Shown: positions 21,010-30,729 of the stretch, piece after piece
How positions within the stretch are numbered: the first letter of the stretch is position 1
Layout of the letters: every line of letters begins with the position of its first letter
Assembly (NCBI GenBank): GCA_022820645.1
Contig: JAJEFD010000002.1
Span: forward strand, 227,514 to 291,513
Origin: Dehalococcoidia bacterium
Lineage (GTDB): Bacteria > Chloroflexota > Dehalococcoidia > Lucifugimonadales > Australimonadaceae
Direction of reading: 5' to 3'
Length of the DNA: 64,000 nt
Notes under the pieces: model-generated
The model's input: the letters and a program-made list of their open reading frames with translations, nothing else
The model's database searches: none
What the model was told of the DNA's origin: nothing
Position numbers and translations under genes: made by a program

Positions 21010-21945
21010 GTGCCGCTCGACCCTGAAGCGAAGGCCTCGTTGGAGAAGCAGGCCGCCATGGGCCTGCCCGCCCAGCACGAGGTGAGCCCCGAAGAGGCGC
21101 GCGCGATGTCGGAGTCGCAGCCGCGCATCCCCGGGCCGGAGGTCGCGTCGGTGAGCGATGTCGCCGCGCCGGGGCCGCACGGCGACGTTCCCGTGCGAGT
21201 GTACGTGCCCGTGACGGACGACGCGGCTCCCCTGCCCGTGTGCGTTTGGTTCCACGGCGGCGGCTGGGTGGTCGGCAGCATCGCAACGAACGACCCGACG
21301 TGCCGGGCGCTGGCGGATGCGTCCGGGGCCATCGTCGCATCGGTGGACTACCGGCTTGCGCCGGAGCACCGGTTCCCCATCCCGCTCGACGACTGCTACG
21401 CAGCGACGGAGTGGGCAGTAGCGAACGCGGCATCGTTCGGCGGCGACCCGTCGCGGCTGGCGGTTGCGGGATCGAGCGCGGGCGGGAATCTCGCCGCGGC
21501 GGTCGCGCTGCGAGCGCGGGACGAAGGCAAGCTCCGGCTCGCACACCAGTCGCTCATCTGTCCGGTGGTCGACAACGACTTCACCCGTCCGTCCTACATC
21601 GCGAACGGCGAGGGCTACGGGCTCAACTACGACACGATGGTCTACTTCTGGCAATGCTACGTGCGCGACGAGGCGGACGCCTCCAACCCGTACGTCGCGC
21701 CGATGGCGGCAGCCGACCTGTCCGGCCTGGCGTCCGCCTTCGTCCTGACGTGCGAGTACGACCCGCTCCGCGACGAGGGTGAGGCATACGCGGAGCGGCT
21801 GCGCGAGGCGGGCGTGCCAACGAAGCTGAGCCGCTACGACGGGCAGATCCACGCGCTGTTCAACGCGGGCGTGCCGTTCACGCGGACGTGGGACGCCATC
21901 AGCGAGGCGGCAGGCGAGCTGCGGAAAGCGTTCGGCACTGCGTAA
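21010..21945 (+). CDS. Alpha/beta hydrolase, HSL (family IV) esterase, copy 2
   Basis: HGGGW, GSSAGG, DPLRDEG, HAL; same length as and colinear with copy 1. Confidence 0.93.
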   Translation: MPLDPEAKASLEKQAAMGLPAQHEVSPEEARAMSESQPRIPGPEVASVSDVAAPGPHGDVPVRVYVPVTDDAAPLPVCVWFHGGGWVVGSIATNDPTCRALADASGAIVASVDYRLAPEHRFPIPLDDCYAATEWAVANAASFGGDPSRLAVAGSSAGGNLAAAVALRARDEGKLRLAHQSLICPVVDNDFTRPSYIANGEGYGLNYDTMVYFWQCYVRDEADASNPYVAPMAAADLSGLASAFVLTCEYDPLRDEGEAYAERLREAGVPTKLSRYDGQIHALFNAGVPFTRTWDAISEAAGELRKAFGTA

Positions 21946-23260
21946 TCCCTCCAGCACCAGCCCCCGCCCGCCGGGGATACCGCGCTTCTGGCCGGCGCAC
22001 CGCGTCTTCTACGGGTGGGCCATCGTCGGCGCGGCGTTCGTCGCGACGTTCGCTGAGGTGCCCGGCTTCGGGCCGGTACTCACCGTCTTCGTCAAGCCGA
22101 TACAGGACGAGTTGGGCTGGTCGTACACGACGATCGCGACGGGGTTCCTCATCGGGAGCGCATCGGGAGCGGTTGCGTCGAGCCTCACGGGTTGGCTGGT
22201 CGACAGGTACGGGCCGCGCGTTGTGGTGGCGCTGGGAGGCGTGGGGCTCGCGGGAGCGCTCGTGGGGCTGTCGACGATACAGGAACCGTGGCACTTCTGG
22301 ACGTTCTTCGGGCTGGCGCGCGGCTCGGTGATAGCGGGCGTGGAGATCGGGTCGTCGGTCGCGATAGCGAAGTGGTTCGTGCGGCAGCGCGGGCGGACGC
22401 TGGCGGTCAAGTCGATGGGCCAGCGCTCGGGGCAGGTGGTGCTCCCCATCGTGAGCTTCCTCATCATGGACGCGTCCGACTGGCGGACGGCGTACGTGGC
22501 GCTGTCCGGGTTCGCGTGCCTCGCCATCATCGGGCCCGCGCTGGTGCTGATGCGCAGCCAGCCGGAGGACCACGGGATGCTGCCGGACGGGACGACCGAT
22601 CTGCGCAACGCCCAGGGAGACCGCAGACCACAGGCGCGCGTCGTCGAGGAGGAGTCGTGGACGCTGCGGGAGGCACGGAGCACTCGGGCGTTCTGGCTCA
22701 TCACCGTGTTCTTGATCTGCACGCCGTTCGTGCAGGGAGCGACGAACCTGCACATGGCCCCTATCTTCCACGACCGGGGGCTGAGCGAGGGGCAGGCGGT
22801 GGCGATCGTGTCCATCTTCGGGATGTCGTCGGTGTCGTCCATCCTCCCTACGGGATTCATCATGGAACGCGTGCACGTCCGTTTGGGGGCGATGGTGCAG
22901 GCGGTGCTCGTGCTCACGACGATGGTGCTGCTCTTGGTTCCGACGGGCGGCTTCCCGCTCGCGGTCCTCTGGGCAATCATCTTCGGCGTGGCGGCGGGGA
23001 TGCGGAACGTCATCGAGGTGCTGCTGCTCGCGAACTACTTCGGGAGGGCGTCGCTGGGAGCGATCAAGGGTTTCACCGCCCCGTTCCGCATGATCAGCCC
23101 GTTCGGGCCGGTGCTGGCGGGGTTCATCCGCGACGAGTCGGGCAGCTACACCGGGGCCTTCATCCTGTTCGCGAGCGTGGCGGTACTGATGCTGGTGTTG
23201 ATGGTGTTCGCGACGCAGCCGGCGAAGACCCCGACGGAGCCGCAGCCCGCGGGCGCGTAG
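21938..23260 (+). CDS. MFS transporter (start uncertain; frame is open upstream of GTG 22058)
   Basis: In-frame FYGWAIV motif upstream of 22058; GWLVDRYGPR; about 12 TM. Confidence 0.85.
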   Translation: MRNPSSTSPRPPGIPRFWPAHRVFYGWAIVGAAFVATFAEVPGFGPVLTVFVKPIQDELGWSYTTIATGFLIGSASGAVASSLTGWLVDRYGPRVVVALGGVGLAGALVGLSTIQEPWHFWTFFGLARGSVIAGVEIGSSVAIAKWFVRQRGRTLAVKSMGQRSGQVVLPIVSFLIMDASDWRTAYVALSGFACLAIIGPALVLMRSQPEDHGMLPDGTTDLRNAQGDRRPQARVVEEESWTLREARSTRAFWLITVFLICTPFVQGATNLHMAPIFHDRGLSEGQAVAIVSIFGMSSVSSILPTGFIMERVHVRLGAMVQAVLVLTTMVLLLVPTGGFPLAVLWAIIFGVAAGMRNVIEVLLLANYFGRASLGAIKGFTAPFRMISPFGPVLAGFIRDESGSYTGAFILFASVAVLMLVLMVFATQPAKTPTEPQPAGA

Positions 23261-23341
23261 TATAGTTGCCAGGAGAGGCCGGAAGGCCCGCTCGAGCAGG
23301 GCCAGCCAACGGCGGATTTTGCGTAAAGGAAGGTCAGAGAT

Positions 23342-24442
23342 ATGGCGACGTTTGGTGTGATCGACGCTGATACGCACGTGGACGAGAACGAGGCCACGTG
23401 GGAGAGTCTGGAGGCTGCGGGGTCCAAGTACGTGCCGGTCTCCATATCGCCGGACGCGAAGGTAACGTCCGCCGTTGCGGACCGCCCTGAGGCGCCGGGC
23501 GTCCGCATCGCGGGGGCGCTCGGCAACCGCTGGTGGCTGGTCGAGAACCGGCTGCAGCCGCGCATCATCCGCGACGAGGTACACCATCCGCTGCGCGAGC
23601 ACCGGGAGTTGGACGACGCGGCGGGCGTCGCTGGGCGTCTGAAGGACATGGACAAGATGGGAGTGGACGCCCAGGTCATCTTCCCGACGTTCTTCATCCG
23701 CTACGGCGCGCAGGACGCGGACGCGGAGGCGGAGCTCACCGGCGCGTACAACCGCTGGCTCGCCGACCGCTGCGCGATGAGCAACGGACGCCTGCGCTGG
23801 GCTGCGGTGCTGCCCCTGCTCGACCCCAACAAGGCAGTCGCGGAGCTGCGCTGGGCGAAGGAGAACGGCGCGTGCGCCATCTTCAAGCGCGGGTTCGACC
23901 TCGACAAGCCGGTGAACGACAAGCACTTCTTCCCCGTGTACGAGGAGGCGGACTCGCTGAACATGCCCCTCTGCATCCATACCGGCCACCCCCTGCCCGG
24001 CCGCGAGTGGGACCGTGGCTTTCCGGTGATGGCGGCCTTCCTCGCGGTCGTCTCCAGCAGGCTTCCGAGCAAGTTCCCGAACCTCAAGTTCGGGTTCATC
24101 GAGGCGGGCGCGGCGTGGATCTCCTACGCGCTCTCCAACCTGGGGATGGTGCAGCGGTCGCTCGCGCTCCACGACCGCTCGGCGACGTTCGACCTGCAGC
24201 GCGACCTCTTCAAGGAGGACCGGCTGTACGTGACGATAGACCCCATGGACCACATCGAGCACCTGCTGGACTTCGGCACCGAGGACAACCTCATCATCGG
24301 CACCGACTACTGCCACTCCGATCCGTCGGCGAACCTCGCGGCGCTCGACGAGGTCAAGAAGTGGGCAAGCGAGGGGCGCATCAGCGATGCCGTCGCCCGG
24401 AAGATCCTGGAGACGAACGCCAAGGAGTTCTACAACCTGTAG
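23342..24442 (+). CDS. Amidohydrolase_2 family protein
   Basis: IDADTH, YNRWLAD, IHTG, FIEAG, GTDYCH. Confidence 0.9.
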   Translation: MATFGVIDADTHVDENEATWESLEAAGSKYVPVSISPDAKVTSAVADRPEAPGVRIAGALGNRWWLVENRLQPRIIRDEVHHPLREHRELDDAAGVAGRLKDMDKMGVDAQVIFPTFFIRYGAQDADAEAELTGAYNRWLADRCAMSNGRLRWAAVLPLLDPNKAVAELRWAKENGACAIFKRGFDLDKPVNDKHFFPVYEEADSLNMPLCIHTGHPLPGREWDRGFPVMAAFLAVVSSRLPSKFPNLKFGFIEAGAAWISYALSNLGMVQRSLALHDRSATFDLQRDLFKEDRLYVTIDPMDHIEHLLDFGTEDNLIIGTDYCHSDPSANLAALDEVKKWASEGRISDAVARKILETNAKEFYNL

Positions 24443-24448
24443 GAACCC

Positions 24449-24483
24449 TGTCATTTCGAGCGAAGCCGAGAAATCTCTCGGGG
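24449..24483 (+). repeat. Palindromic repeat module C
   Basis: TGTCATTTCGAGCGAAGCCGAGAAATCTCTCGGG. Confidence 0.75.
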
Positions 24484-24493
24484 CAACGTAAGC

Positions 24494-24519
24494 AAGGGGC
24501 GCCCATGAGGGCGCCCCTT
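24494..24519. terminator. Hairpin between convergent genes
   Basis: AAGGGGCGCCC-ATGA-GGGCGCCCCTT. Confidence 0.55.
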
Positions 24520-24544
24520 CTCATACGTCTCGTGATTACGCCGC

Positions 24545-25855
24545 CTACTGGTTGAGCGTGGCCTGCGCCTCTGTCCAGGGCTTCTCCCCTGCCCACGTGC
24601 TGAGCACCTGCTCGATCGTCGAGACGAGTTCGGCTGGCTCGCCCTGCTGCAGCGGCATGTAGCGCGTCATCCACGTCACGTCGGAGAGCGCCTGCCAGCG
24701 TTCGAGAGGCAGGTCGATGCGCTTGTTCACTTCGGGGTCGCGCACGACGCCCATCGGCTCCCCGCCGTCCTGAACGATGCCGGCCTGCTCCTTCAGCACC
24801 TTGCGGTAGAGGATGATGCCGCGGTCGGACTCGCCCAGCTTCTCCTTCTCGCGCTCGGCATTCGGCCCCTGCGTGATCCACGCGACGAAGTCCTGATGGT
24901 TCACGAGGTCAGGGATCAACGTGCCGTCGGGCTCGTAGAGGTTGACGTACCAGTACGGCACCTTCTCCTGCTTCGGGGGCTCAGCTCCCTCGGCGGCGCG
25001 GTAGAAGAACCACGTGATGTGCATCGTGTGGGTGTCGTCAACCGGCACGCGGTACTGGAGCGTGCAGTTCACGACGCTGCCGACGAACAGCACGTTCGGG
25101 AAGAGCACCGGGTGGCCGATGGCCCAGTCGTGGTCTTCCTCGGTGGTGCCCTCGACGACGCGCCGCTTGATGAGGCCGTAGTCGAAGACGTCGAACCCGA
25201 TCTTCTGGTGCCTGCGCGGCACCGTGGGGAACGAGTCGGCCTCGGCGAGGCCGAGCTTGACCGCTTTGTCCTGCTGTTGGCGGACGCCCCAGTAGCCGTG
25301 CAGCCACTCCAGGTGAACCGGGTCCATGGAGTTCTCCATGCACTGGAGCCAGTTGCACGGGAGTTCCACGATGCCGATGTCACTCCAGCCGCCCTCCCAC
25401 TCGAACGTCTCCCAGTGCGGGAGCAGCGGCGCGGGCTGCGGCCCGAGATACGCGAACACCAGTCCGCCGTACGATTCGACCGGGTACCCCGCGACCTTCA
25501 CCTTCTCCTTGAAGCGACCGTCCGGGTGAACGGTCTCCTCGAACGGCTGCTCGATGCACTGGCCCGTCTCATCCATCATCCAGCCGTGGTACATGCAGCG
25601 AAGTCCGTGCTCTTCGGGGATGCCGTAGGAGAGGTCGACCCTGCGATGGGGGCAGAAGCGGTCGATGAGGCCCAGCGTGCCGGACTTGTCCTTGTAGAGG
25701 ACGAGGTCCTCGCCGAGGACGCGCACCGCCTTGGTGGGGCGGTCGTCCAACTCGGCGGCAGCGGCGATGGGGTGCCAGTAGCGCCTGAACAACTCGCCCA
25801 TCGGCGTGCCGGGCATGACGCTGGTGAGGTCTTTGTTCTCCTGTGCGGTCAGCAT
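24545..25855 (-). CDS. Rieske oxygenase alpha subunit, copy 2 (close paralog of copy 1)
   Basis: CPHR..CMYHGW, ENSMDPVHLEWLH, NHQD; RBS AGGAGG. Confidence 0.93.
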   Translation of the reverse strand: MLTAQENKDLTSVMPGTPMGELFRRYWHPIAAAAELDDRPTKAVRVLGEDLVLYKDKSGTLGLIDRFCPHRRVDLSYGIPEEHGLRCMYHGWMMDETGQCIEQPFEETVHPDGRFKEKVKVAGYPVESYGGLVFAYLGPQPAPLLPHWETFEWEGGWSDIGIVELPCNWLQCMENSMDPVHLEWLHGYWGVRQQQDKAVKLGLAEADSFPTVPRRHQKIGFDVFDYGLIKRRVVEGTTEEDHDWAIGHPVLFPNVLFVGSVVNCTLQYRVPVDDTHTMHITWFFYRAAEGAEPPKQEKVPYWYVNLYEPDGTLIPDLVNHQDFVAWITQGPNAEREKEKLGESDRGIILYRKVLKEQAGIVQDGGEPMGVVRDPEVNKRIDLPLERWQALSDVTWMTRYMPLQQGEPAELVSTIEQVLSTWAGEKPWTEAQATLNQ

Positions 25856-25980
25856 GGGGCGGAACCTCCTTTGACCTTGCGGCGTTCGGTTGCTCTGCGG
25901 CGATTGTAGCGCACGCGTGCACCGATTGCGTACCGGCAATGATGGACGCAAGCGGGTTACGTTCTGCGGCCTCCCCCGTC

Positions 25981-26679
25981 TCAGGCGAGCAGGTTGAGCA
26001 ACTGCGCCGGGGTCCCGGCTATGAAGTCAGGGGCGGCGCGGGAGAGCTGCTCGGTGGGGTCGTCGAGGCCCCATGTTGCGAGGCAACTCCGGCAGCCGCC
26101 GTTCTTCGCGACCTCGACGTCCGACCAGCTGTCTCCTACCACGAGGGTCCGATTTGGGGTTGCGCCCATGCGGGCCATCAGGCGCTCCAGCCCCTCCGGG
26201 TGGGGTTTATGGTGGGTAACGTCCTCGAAGCCGACGATATGCGGGAAGTGGTCGCCGATACCGAGTTCCTCCGCTTCGACCACCGTGCCGGCGCGCCGGC
26301 CCTCGACCAGGATGTCGTGTGATTTCGAGGTGAGTATGCCCATGGTCATGCCACGCTGCTTCAGGGCATCCAGCATCTCCCGCACACCATCGAAGAGGTA
26401 GACAAAGCCCGGGCCCTTGCTCCAATAGTGACGGAGGTAGACGCCCATGAGGTCGAGCTCCCAACCCCGGGCGACGCTCATCTCATCGAAGGACGGCCGG
26501 AACGGGGAGCCGCGCATCGTCTCGACGAACTCCGTCGGGTCGGTGGGCAACCCCACCTCCGCGAACGTCAAGCGAGCGGCCTCGACGCGGGCGGGAAAGG
26601 TGTCCACGAGCGTATCGTCGTAATCGAAGACGACGGCGTCGATGGGCCCTTGGAGGGCTGAGGAGGCGGAATCTCGCAT
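25981..26679 (-). CDS. HAD-superfamily hydrolase (phosphoglycolate phosphatase/PpaX-like)
   Basis: FDYDDTLVD, TSK, KPHPE, VGDS..D. Confidence 0.9.
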   Translation of the reverse strand: MRDSASSALQGPIDAVVFDYDDTLVDTFPARVEAARLTFAEVGLPTDPTEFVETMRGSPFRPSFDEMSVARGWELDLMGVYLRHYWSKGPGFVYLFDGVREMLDALKQRGMTMGILTSKSHDILVEGRRAGTVVEAEELGIGDHFPHIVGFEDVTHHKPHPEGLERLMARMGATPNRTLVVGDSWSDVEVAKNGGCRSCLATWGLDDPTEQLSRAAPDFIAGTPAQLLNLLA

Positions 26680-26829
26680 ACGGCTCGTTCCGGGTTCCTG
26701 GGAAGCGTGGTTCGGGGAAGCAGGCTATGAGGGGCGCGGTTGCTGCGTCAACGGGGCAACGACAGTCCCCACCCTCTCTGCCCCTGTCCTGTCCATCCTG
26801 TCCATCGATGTTGATATACTCCACCGGCC

Positions 26830-27342
26830 ATGCACTGGTCTGACGTTGTTATCGAGAGTCTGCGCGAGCACGAAGTGTGGCACGCAACCTACGTGCCGGA
26901 CGCCATCAACTGGCAGGTGCTCTCCAAGCTGGAAGCCGATCCCGCGTTCACCGTCGTGCCCGCGTCGCGCGAGGAGGAGGCCATAGGCATCGCCGCGGGC
27001 ATCTATGCCGGGGGCGGACGCGCCGCGATGTTTATGCAGAGCAGCGGCTTCGGCAACACGATTAATGGCCTCGCGCAGCTGCTTACCGCGTACCGCATCC
27101 CCGTTCCCCTCTTCATCGGCATGCGCGGCGGGCTGAGCGAGTTCAACGAGGTGCAGGTGCCGTCCGCGCGCCCGATACCCGCGATCCTGGACGAACTGCA
27201 CATCCAGCACTACGCCCCGGAGCGCGAGGACGAGGTGCAGAAGTACGTCGACGGCGCGATCGAGCTCTCCTACGCGAGCCGGATGCCCGTCGCCGTCCTC
27301 TGGTATGCGCAACTGGTGGGAGCGAAACGTGCTACGTCGTGA
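26830..27342 (+). CDS. TPP-dependent sulfopyruvate/phosphonopyruvate decarboxylase, alpha subunit (ComD-like)
   Basis: VPD, REEEAIGIAAG, MQSSGFGN.IN.L, RG. Confidence 0.85.
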   Translation: MHWSDVVIESLREHEVWHATYVPDAINWQVLSKLEADPAFTVVPASREEEAIGIAAGIYAGGGRAAMFMQSSGFGNTINGLAQLLTAYRIPVPLFIGMRGGLSEFNEVQVPSARPIPAILDELHIQHYAPEREDEVQKYVDGAIELSYASRMPVAVLWYAQLVGAKRATS

Positions 27343-27889
27343 GGGCATCGCTGCGCTCGTGCGCAGGCTCGACAACGAACCCGTCATCGCCAACCTCGGT
27401 CCGGCGACGTTCGACCTGTACGCGGCGGGAGACCGCGACGCGAACCTCTACACCTGGGGAGCGATGGGGCTGGTGTCGTCCATCGCGCTCGGCGTGGCGC
27501 TCGCCGCGCCGGACCGCAAGGTGTTCGTCACCGACGGCGACGGCTCCCTGTTGATGAACCTCGGTTCGCTTGCGACGATAGCGCGGCAGGCGCCGCCGAA
27601 CCTCGTGCACATCGTCTGGGACAACCAGATGTGGTTCGAGACGGGCGGACAGCCGACGCACACCTCCACCGGCACCGACCTCGGGGGCATCGCGCGCGCC
27701 GCGGGCATACCGAACGTCGCGCGGGCGGCTACCGTTGAGGCCTTCGAGGAGGCGCTCGACCAGGCGATCCGCGAGCCGGGGCCGTGGTTCATCCACGTCG
27801 ATATCGAGGAGACCGGCGAGCCCCGGCAGCGTCCGAAGGTAGTCGTGGAAGAGAACCTCGTGAAGTTCCGCCGCACCTTCACCGGCTAG
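27329..27889 (+). CDS. TPP-dependent sulfopyruvate/phosphonopyruvate decarboxylase, beta subunit (ComE-like)
   Basis: GAMGL.SSIALG.ALA, DGDGSLLMNLG, DN....TGGQPT. Confidence 0.87.
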   Translation: MLRREGIAALVRRLDNEPVIANLGPATFDLYAAGDRDANLYTWGAMGLVSSIALGVALAAPDRKVFVTDGDGSLLMNLGSLATIARQAPPNLVHIVWDNQMWFETGGQPTHTSTGTDLGGIARAAGIPNVARAATVEAFEEALDQAIREPGPWFIHVDIEETGEPRQRPKVVVEENLVKFRRTFTG

Positions 27890-28776
27890 GCAACCCGCCC
27901 CTGCACGCTGATGTTCGACCGGTGCTCCGGAACGCCTGCCACGCCCGGGCGGAACGCGAAGAGCGCACCGCCTTCCGGACCGATCTCCTCGCCCGGCGTG
28001 GACTCCCTGCTCGACGAGGTGACGTATGCGGTGGAGAGGTCGTCGTCCCCGAAGCCGATGCTGGTTATCTTGCGCGCGGGGAACTCCACCCGCGTCATCT
28101 CCGAGCCTGAGGGATCGTACCGCACGACGGACCAGCCGCCCGACAGGGCGACCCATAGACAGCCCTCCGCGTCGAGCGTGATGCCGTCGGGTGAGCCGCC
28201 TTCCCCGCCGGAGAGGTCGATGAAGACACGCCGGTTGGAGACCGTCCCTGAGTCGAGGTCGTAGTCGAACAGCGCTACGCGCCTGCCTCGGGTCTCCGCA
28301 ACGTAGAGGAGCCTATCGTCGGACGAGAAAGCCATGCCGTTCGGCATCTCCAACCCGCCCGCAAGCAGGGCTGCTGACCCGTCCTGCCCGACCGAGTAGA
28401 GCGAGCCGGTCCCGCCTTCAGGCGGTATGACGCCCGCCACGACGCGCCCGAGCCGGTCGGCAACGACGTCGTTGAAACGGGCCTCGCCCTCCCCCGGCAA
28501 CCCGCCGATGACGGGCCGGACGGGGCCGCCGGCCTGCGCCGCCCCTACCCGCGTGTGGTCCATGAACAGCAGCAGCGACCCGTCCGCCTGGAGCGTGAAC
28601 GCGTAGAACGATTGGCCCTCGACCACCCTCTCCACCGTCCCGGACGCCGGGTCCAGACGGTGTACGCGCTGCGAGCGGTTGTCCGTCCAGTAGAGGCGCC
28701 GGTCGTCGGGGTTCCACAGCGGGTTCTCCCCAACGATGTCCGGGTTCCTGGCAACGGTCTCTGCTTCGATGGCCAT
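27886..28776 (-). CDS. SMP-30/gluconolactonase/LRE family protein
   Basis: GENPLW, RFND...D..GR, PNGMAFS.D, PDGITLDAEG.LWVA. Confidence 0.92.
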   Translation of the reverse strand: MAIEAETVARNPDIVGENPLWNPDDRRLYWTDNRSQRVHRLDPASGTVERVVEGQSFYAFTLQADGSLLLFMDHTRVGAAQAGGPVRPVIGGLPGEGEARFNDVVADRLGRVVAGVIPPEGGTGSLYSVGQDGSAALLAGGLEMPNGMAFSSDDRLLYVAETRGRRVALFDYDLDSGTVSNRRVFIDLSGGEGGSPDGITLDAEGCLWVALSGGWSVVRYDPSGSEMTRVEFPARKITSIGFGDDDLSTAYVTSSSRESTPGEEIGPEGGALFAFRPGVAGVPEHRSNISVQGRVA

Positions 28777-28862
28777 CGCGTCACTCCAGGCAGGAGGATA
28801 TACGAGAAGGAGCCGCCCGGTTGGGCGGCTCCTTCTGCTCTCGATTGGTCCCGCGATAGCGG

Positions 28863-29870
28863 TTACTTCATCGCCGCTTCGCCAACCGTCTCCATGATGA
28901 GGCGGGTGACGGTGTACGGGTCCATGTTGGCGTTCGGGCGGCGGTCTTCGATGTAGCCCTTGCCCTCGACCTCGACCTGCCAGGGGATGCGGATGGAAGC
29001 GCCGCGGTCGGAGACGCCGTACTTGAACTCCTTGTAGGAGGCGGTCTCGTGGAGACCGGTCAGCCGCTCCTCGATGCGGTAGCCGTAGTTGGCGATGTGG
29101 AGATCGTGGCGCTTCCCCAGTGCCTCGGCGGCGTCGATGTTGGGCTGGTAGCTGGAGCGCATGGCGTTCGTGGAGAAGTTGGTGTGCGCCCCTGCCCCGT
29201 TCCAGTCCCCGCGCGCGGGCTTGGGGTCCAGCGTCGCGTTGATGTCGAAGTCCTCGCCGGTGCGGTAGAGCAACCAGCGGGCGACCCAGAGCTGGTCGGA
29301 TACGTCCAGCGCGCCGAGCGGGCCGACCTGGAACTCCCACTGCCCCGGCATGACTTCACCGTTGATGCCGGAGATGCCCAGCCCGGCCTGGAGGCAGTTC
29401 TCCAGGTGCTCCTCAACCACGGGGCGTCCGAACACCTCGTCGGCGCCGACGCCGCAGTAGTACCCTCCTTGGGGGGGCGGGTAGCCGCCTTCCGGGAAGC
29501 CGAGCGGGCGGGTGCCCTTGAAGAACGTGTACTCCTGCTCGATGCCGAACCAGAACTCGAGGCTCGCGTACTTCTCGGCGGCAACAGCGCATGCCGCGCG
29601 CGTGTTCGTGGGATGGGGAGACATGTCGGGCAGCAGCACCTCGGCCAGGACGAGGATGTTGTCGCCGCCGCGTATGGGGTCGGGGCAGCAGAAGACGGGC
29701 CGCAGCACGCAGTCGGATGCGTCGCCGGGGGCCTGGTTCGTGGACGAGCCGTCGAATCCCCAGATGGGAAGGTCCTCCAGCTTGTTCGTCTTCTCGATGA
29801 CCTTCGCCTTGGAGCGGAGCTTCGCCGTGGGCTGAGTGCCGTCTACCCAGATATATTCCGCGCGGATCAT
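28863..29870 (-). CDS. glnII: Glutamine synthetase type II
   Basis: AEYIWVDG, WGFDGSST.QA, FGIEQEY, PQG.YYCGVG, GDWNGAGAHTNFST, RLTGLHET, YIEDRRP; 335 aa. Confidence 0.95.
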   Translation of the reverse strand: MIRAEYIWVDGTQPTAKLRSKAKVIEKTNKLEDLPIWGFDGSSTNQAPGDASDCVLRPVFCCPDPIRGGDNILVLAEVLLPDMSPHPTNTRAACAVAAEKYASLEFWFGIEQEYTFFKGTRPLGFPEGGYPPPQGGYYCGVGADEVFGRPVVEEHLENCLQAGLGISGINGEVMPGQWEFQVGPLGALDVSDQLWVARWLLYRTGEDFDINATLDPKPARGDWNGAGAHTNFSTNAMRSSYQPNIDAAEALGKRHDLHIANYGYRIEERLTGLHETASYKEFKYGVSDRGASIRIPWQVEVEGKGYIEDRRPNANMDPYTVTRLIMETVGEAAMK

Positions 29871-29944
29871 TGCAGTAACCCTCCTTCTTCTCTGCTTTTT
29901 CAGTGTTGTCGTTCGGTACGCCGGGCGCGCTTGGGCCGCGCCCG

Positions 29945-30586
29945 TTACTCTTCCGTTATCTCGATCGTGTGGATGGCGTCGCCGGGTGTCCGTGCAGCCT
30001 GGGGGTCGCGGACGCTGATCGACATCAGCACGTCCAACCCATCCGTCACCTGCCCGAATACGGCATGACGGTTGTCCAGGTGTGGCGTTGGGCCGTGGGT
30101 GATGAAGAACTGGCTGCCGTTGGTGTTCGGTCCGGCGTTGGCCATGGAGAGGATGCCGGGTTTGTCGTGCCGCAGGCTGGGGTGGAACTCGTCCGCGAAG
30201 CGGTACCCTGGGCCGCCCCTGCCCGTTCCGGTGGGGTCGCCGCCCTGCGCCATGAAGTCCGGGATGACGCGGTGGAAGGTCGTGTCGTCGTAGAAGCCCT
30301 CGCGGGCGAGGAAGACGAAGTTGTTGACGGTGTTGGGGACCTTATCGGCGAAGAGCTCGATGACGATGTCGCCCTTCTCGGTCTTGAACGTCGCGGTGTA
30401 GCTCTTTTCGGGGTCTATCGTCAGGGCTGGTGGGGCGTCGTACTGTTGCGGCATCTGTGCTCCGTTTCTCGTATCGGACACGTCCGGGGTGGGCGTGGGA
30501 GGCAGTGTGTCCTCCGCGCTGCATCCGAGCAGGAGGCCTGTCAGCGCAGCCAGCGCAAGAAGTGTCGTTAGGAAGTGTCTTCTCAT
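29945..30586 (-). CDS. Cyclophilin-type peptidyl-prolyl isomerase, lipoprotein
   Basis: Lipobox LLGC; [41 protein letters not shown]. Confidence 0.93.
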   Translation of the reverse strand: MRRHFLTTLLALAALTGLLLGCSAEDTLPPTPTPDVSDTRNGAQMPQQYDAPPALTIDPEKSYTATFKTEKGDIVIELFADKVPNTVNNFVFLAREGFYDDTTFHRVIPDFMAQGGDPTGTGRGGPGYRFADEFHPSLRHDKPGILSMANAGPNTNGSQFFITHGPTPHLDNRHAVFGQVTDGLDVLMSISVRDPQAARTPGDAIHTIEITEE

Positions 30587-30729
30587 CGTCCGGCGGCAGC
30601 GTCCCCGAGGGATCCGAACGTGCTGCATTAGCGGAGAGGATATGCGCTGGCAGGTGGCGGGGCAAGCGAGAAATGGGGGTGCGGCGCAAGCCGTAACGAA
30701 ATCGTAACGAATAGGCCCGTGCTGCCGCG

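Noticed and set aside
21899-24454. Long antisense and alternate-frame ORFs (e.g. 851 aa here, 14596-16422, 39318-41327, 56850-58847)
   Set aside because: Shadows of real genes caused by high-GC codon bias; no recognisable motifs
29871-29944. Possible glutamine riboswitch upstream of glnII
   Set aside because: Only a simple GC hairpin; the glnA motif consensus is not seen
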